In this document: in pieces, positions 60,929 through 64,000 of the stretch
Position numbering within the stretch: position 1 is the first letter of the stretch
Layout of the letters: each line of letters starts with the position of its first letter
NCBI GenBank assembly: GCA_029762535.1
Contig: JARVGK010000002.1
Span: 32,001 to 96,000 of the forward strand
From: Thermoplasmatota archaeon
GTDB taxonomy: Archaea; Thermoplasmatota; Penumbrarchaeia; Penumbrarchaeales; Penumbrarchaeaceae
Direction of reading: 5' to 3'
Length of the DNA: 64,000 nucleotides
Position numbers and translations under genes: made by a program
Notes under the pieces: model-generated
What the model saw: only the letters and a program-made list of their open reading frames with translations
What the model was told of the DNA's origin: nothing
Database searches by the model: none

Positions 60929-63405
60929 TTCTTTTCCTCCTTATTATTCGAAATTAAATTCCAGTTTACGCTTCCACAATTACATCTTACGCCACTTTGT
61001 TTCATTCCATCTGCTGTAATTTTCAATATACCACCACAACTATGACATGAAAAGAGATAATATAAATCTTGAAATGCCTCTTTTATAGGTCGAAAGTCTT
61101 TATCACTAAAGTTTATCCAATTATTAAAATGAACGTTTGCATTAATTCCCCATTGTTCAGCATATGTGCGTTTATAAATGCTAGAACGCATTGAATCTAA
61201 TTCTTCAAATTTTGCCGTCTTTTCTGATTTTTCCCAGGAAACTGATGATTTTTTAGCCTTTTTAATTAAGTCCTTATATCCATCCATTAATGGTATTGTA
61301 AAATCACCAAGATCTAGCTGGCCGTTTAATTTGTATCGTACTCGTATCTGTAATGAATCACACACTAGCCCAAAATACTCTTCCAAACCGCGTCTTAATC
61401 TCGAAGCAGCAGAAGGAACATCGTTTCTTGTCAAATCTTCTTCAATTTTACTCCAGAGGTCTGCTTGAAGATTTACTTGAGGCCCTGTATCAACTTTCCA
61501 ATTATAGAATTCAACCATGCAACTCTTATTATCAACAACTCCTTCACTTCTCATTTGATTAGCCCATGTCTTATCATGGGTTGTGATTAAAAATTGTCTG
61601 TTTGGGAAATTTGATGCAAGCACGCGACAAATATCTCGCCTATGATTCGAATCCACAGACATTATTACATCATCTAAGATAATGAGGTCAATAAGACCTT
61701 CTGCCAAACGTTCAGATAGAGCCAAATATAAACAAAGCCCCATACTATCTTGATGACCTTCACTGTGGAGGGCTTGTGGAGAAAAAGCCCCTCGGCCATA
61801 AAAATCAACTTCAAATTTTAATGCCGCCCCATCTGGTGAAATAGTCGCGGAAAAATCTTTTTCGTCTGAACCATGTAATTCTTTATATAATTGCACAAAG
61901 CGATCATTTACATCTTTGTAAAGATTTCCCAATATAGTATCTCTGGAATATTCAAATGTATTTAACAATATCTCTGCTTTTTTATATGAGATACTTGCGT
62001 TTTTAAAATCATTTTTTGCTTTTTCAAGACCTTTTAAATTTTCTTCAAGGCGTGTTAATGTATCCCACGCAGTTTGTTCAGGGGTTATCGGTGGCGCTTT
62101 GGTTTTAACAATTTCTATTAGAGTTTGAAGATTTTGTTTAATTTCCTCAGAAATAAGCATGTGTTTTACTCTGTCGCTATCAAATTCGATCAATGGATAT
62201 TTTTCGAGTGGATTAGCTAATGCTATGGATAACTGATTCAAATCTGACGAACATGTTTTCAATTGGATGCTCCATTCCTTTTCCTCAATTTTATTTAATA
62301 CCTCAATTATTTTATTTATGCTTCCTCTTGTATTGTTCACACGCTTTGATATGGAATCGGACAAAGATGTAATTCTGTTTCTTTGTTGTGATATTTCTTC
62401 AATATCAGTCAATTTTGAGGTAAGATATTCATCTAATTTACCGCTTGGCCACTGTGTATCACACAATGGGCAGTTACCCGTGTCATCGATCATAGATTTT
62501 CCAAGTTCAATTAATTGAAATCGATTGTATGTTTTCAATAATTTCGGATTCGATTTTATAGAGTTTAGAAGATTTCTAAGTTCTTTATCAAATTCAATGA
62601 TTCCTTTTTGATTCTTTTCGTCAAAGGAATTATGAATATTTTGAATATCTTTTTCAAATATAGTAAGATTGACATGATTGTCGTTGATAATACTGGTAGG
62701 TGGCGTAAGGGCCTTTTTTAACGTATCTGAAGAAACCGAATTCAATTCATTACTTTTTAATGTTTTACGTAATTGATTTACGTAATCCAGTAGCATCTTT
62801 TCATTAAATGATGTTGTTTGAATTGTTGCGTTAACCTCACCTTTTTTCTCATCTATTGCTTCTTCTTTTGTCTGCTTTTCTCTTTTAAAAGTATTTTCAA
62901 TATTTACAAATGCTTTTCTTATTATTTCAATGTCTGATATATTTAATAATGCTTGAATCTCCTGGGCACGTGTACTACCATCAGAGGTAATATATTTTAA
63001 AATTTCTCGTCTTGTTAATACATGTTCTCCCCTCGATGCAAGGGATAAAATGGGTTCAAGATTAGGTAAATATTTTTCATCAGATACAACTAACTTAGTG
63101 GGTTGTGCCATATCTCTTTTTATTTCAATAGGAACATTAATTTTTGGAAATTGAATAACTGCACGTACAATAGCATCTTTTGGCTTGTGATCAATATGTG
63201 GGCCACATTCTTTCAATTTGATATTGCGAGTTCCCTCTCCCTTTAAACGAGAAATTCGACCTGTTAAGAGGAAATCAATGGCATCAACAACAGCACTTTT
63301 CCCTGAACCATTTGGCCCCCATATTACTATATTTTTTCCTTGGGGCGTTAGTTTTATATGGGTTATACCCCGCACATTTTCAATTTCAAGCTCAATCAGT
63401 TTCAA
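60925..63405 (-). CDS. Rad50/SMC-like ABC ATPase with Zn hook and RloC/PrrC-like C-terminus
   Basis: GPNGSGKS, coiled coil with CPLC, HSEG, LIILDD, TTHD; then RRGLEEYF...NANVH and CHSC/CNC. Confidence 0.7.
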   Translation of the reverse strand: MKLIELEIENVRGITHIKLTPQGKNIVIWGPNGSGKSAVVDAIDFLLTGRISRLKGEGTRNIKLKECGPHIDHKPKDAIVRAVIQFPKINVPIEIKRDMAQPTKLVVSDEKYLPNLEPILSLASRGEHVLTRREILKYITSDGSTRAQEIQALLNISDIEIIRKAFVNIENTFKREKQTKEEAIDEKKGEVNATIQTTSFNEKMLLDYVNQLRKTLKSNELNSVSSDTLKKALTPPTSIINDNHVNLTIFEKDIQNIHNSFDEKNQKGIIEFDKELRNLLNSIKSNPKLLKTYNRFQLIELGKSMIDDTGNCPLCDTQWPSGKLDEYLTSKLTDIEEISQQRNRITSLSDSISKRVNNTRGSINKIIEVLNKIEEKEWSIQLKTCSSDLNQLSIALANPLEKYPLIEFDSDRVKHMLISEEIKQNLQTLIEIVKTKAPPITPEQTAWDTLTRLEENLKGLEKAKNDFKNASISYKKAEILLNTFEYSRDTILGNLYKDVNDRFVQLYKELHGSDEKDFSATISPDGAALKFEVDFYGRGAFSPQALHSEGHQDSMGLCLYLALSERLAEGLIDLIILDDVIMSVDSNHRRDICRVLASNFPNRQFLITTHDKTWANQMRSEGVVDNKSCMVEFYNWKVDTGPQVNLQADLWSKIEEDLTRNDVPSAASRLRRGLEEYFGLVCDSLQIRVRYKLNGQLDLGDFTIPLMDGYKDLIKKAKKSSVSWEKSEKTAKFEELDSMRSSIYKRTYAEQWGINANVHFNNWINFSDKDFRPIKEAFQDLYYLFSCHSCGGILKITADGMKQSGVRCNCGSVNWNLISNNKEEKK

Positions 63406-63595
63406 GTTCTTCCCTCGAAGTAGTTTTTAATACGCTGATAATTTTTTTAGTATCAGCTAATTGTCCTGTTGAATTAAGTTCACGAAGCTTATTGATGGTC
63501 ACCACATTAAATTCATCTTTATCATTGAGGTCTGAAAACATTTTATCAAGTATGTGGTCAATCAATGAAGATGTTTGTATTGTTTCGGGAGTCAT
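63392..63595 (-). CDS. Small hypothetical protein coupled to the ATPase
   Basis: 67 aa, GGAGGT SD, overlaps both neighbours. Confidence 0.55.
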   Translation of the reverse strand: MTPETIQTSSLIDHILDKMFSDLNDKDEFNVVTINKLRELNSTGQLADTKKIISVLKTTSREELETD

Positions 63596-63732
63596 TTATT
63601 TACCTCCTTCATCTGTTCTTCCATCATAATTTCAAATTGTCGGGATATGAGCCACCCCTTCTTCTTACAGAATCCTTTGTATCGTTCGTAAAGGTCTTCA
63701 TCAACACTGAGGGTTACGTTCTTTGAAGGCAT
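63592..63732 (-). CDS. 46-aa RHH/CopG-like leader protein, copy C
   Basis: MPSKNVTLSVDEDLYERYKGFCKKKGWLISRQFEIMMEEQMKEVNK. Confidence 0.75.
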   Translation of the reverse strand: MPSKNVTLSVDEDLYERYKGFCKKKGWLISRQFEIMMEEQMKEVNK

Positions 63733-64000
63733 GATAATCACATTCATCTCCAAATGTCAGCAAATGTATATAAGTATTCGCTTTTTCCGTTTCTATTCGT
63801 TGTTCGGAACACCCCCCACGTCCATAGAGTAAGAAAAAATTTGGGTATTCGCTTTGCGAATCCGTTTAACATCCGTTAGCCGAGAGTCTGGACTTGTCCA
63901 GATTTTGGTGGTTCTTTCCGTCTTGTTTCCGTTAAACGAAGGCAACAACGTCATGAATTTACGGTCTCCTTTTCATAGGCATGGTTTCAAATTGAAGATA

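Noticed and set aside
45843-64000. Integron integrase in the window
   Set aside because: No ORF with tyrosine-recombinase R-H-R-Y motifs
1-64000. Genome-wide TAG reassignment
   Set aside because: TAG ends many full-length genes (e.g. 18957, 20714, 30015, 38036, 40567, 55345)

Overview
Archaeal accessory/conflict region. The AGGTGA Shine-Dalgarno sites, TATA boxes, MNT-HEPN pairs and heliorhodopsin suggest a Thermoplasmatota-like host, which is an inference. No rRNA, tRNA, CRISPR array or integrase was seen. Zone 1 (1-21.6 kb) is a dense toxin-antitoxin cluster (two AbiE-type pairs, three MNT-HEPN pairs, one orphan MNT). It surrounds three AT-rich, 5'-truncated DxDxDG-repeat proteins with variable hydrophobic C-termini, each followed by a small membrane ORF, as in a polymorphic toxin/immunity array. 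Modular palindromic repeats separate these units and carry a small duplicated nuclease-like ORF. One of the three genes is interrupted by five in-frame hairpin insertions. Zone 2 (22.6-45.8 kb) is a run of about 28 mostly small, co-oriented minus-strand genes (AlkD, heliorhodopsin, P-type ATPase, GNAT, VOC, MTase, MDR, DUF3795 etc.). Zone 3 (45.8-64 kb) is an integron-like cassette array with about 7 attC-like sites and no integrase in the window. Its cargo is AlbA_2/Schlafen-like genes, two PIN TA pairs, a 56-aa membrane protein, and a 7.8-kb type III R-M plus RloC-like ATPase cassette; an inverted FmdE/ABC operon also lies between two of the sites. The cassette ends form nested, cassette-specific, co-varying inverted repeats around the cargo, and the three large cassettes share an unannotated RHH leader gene.
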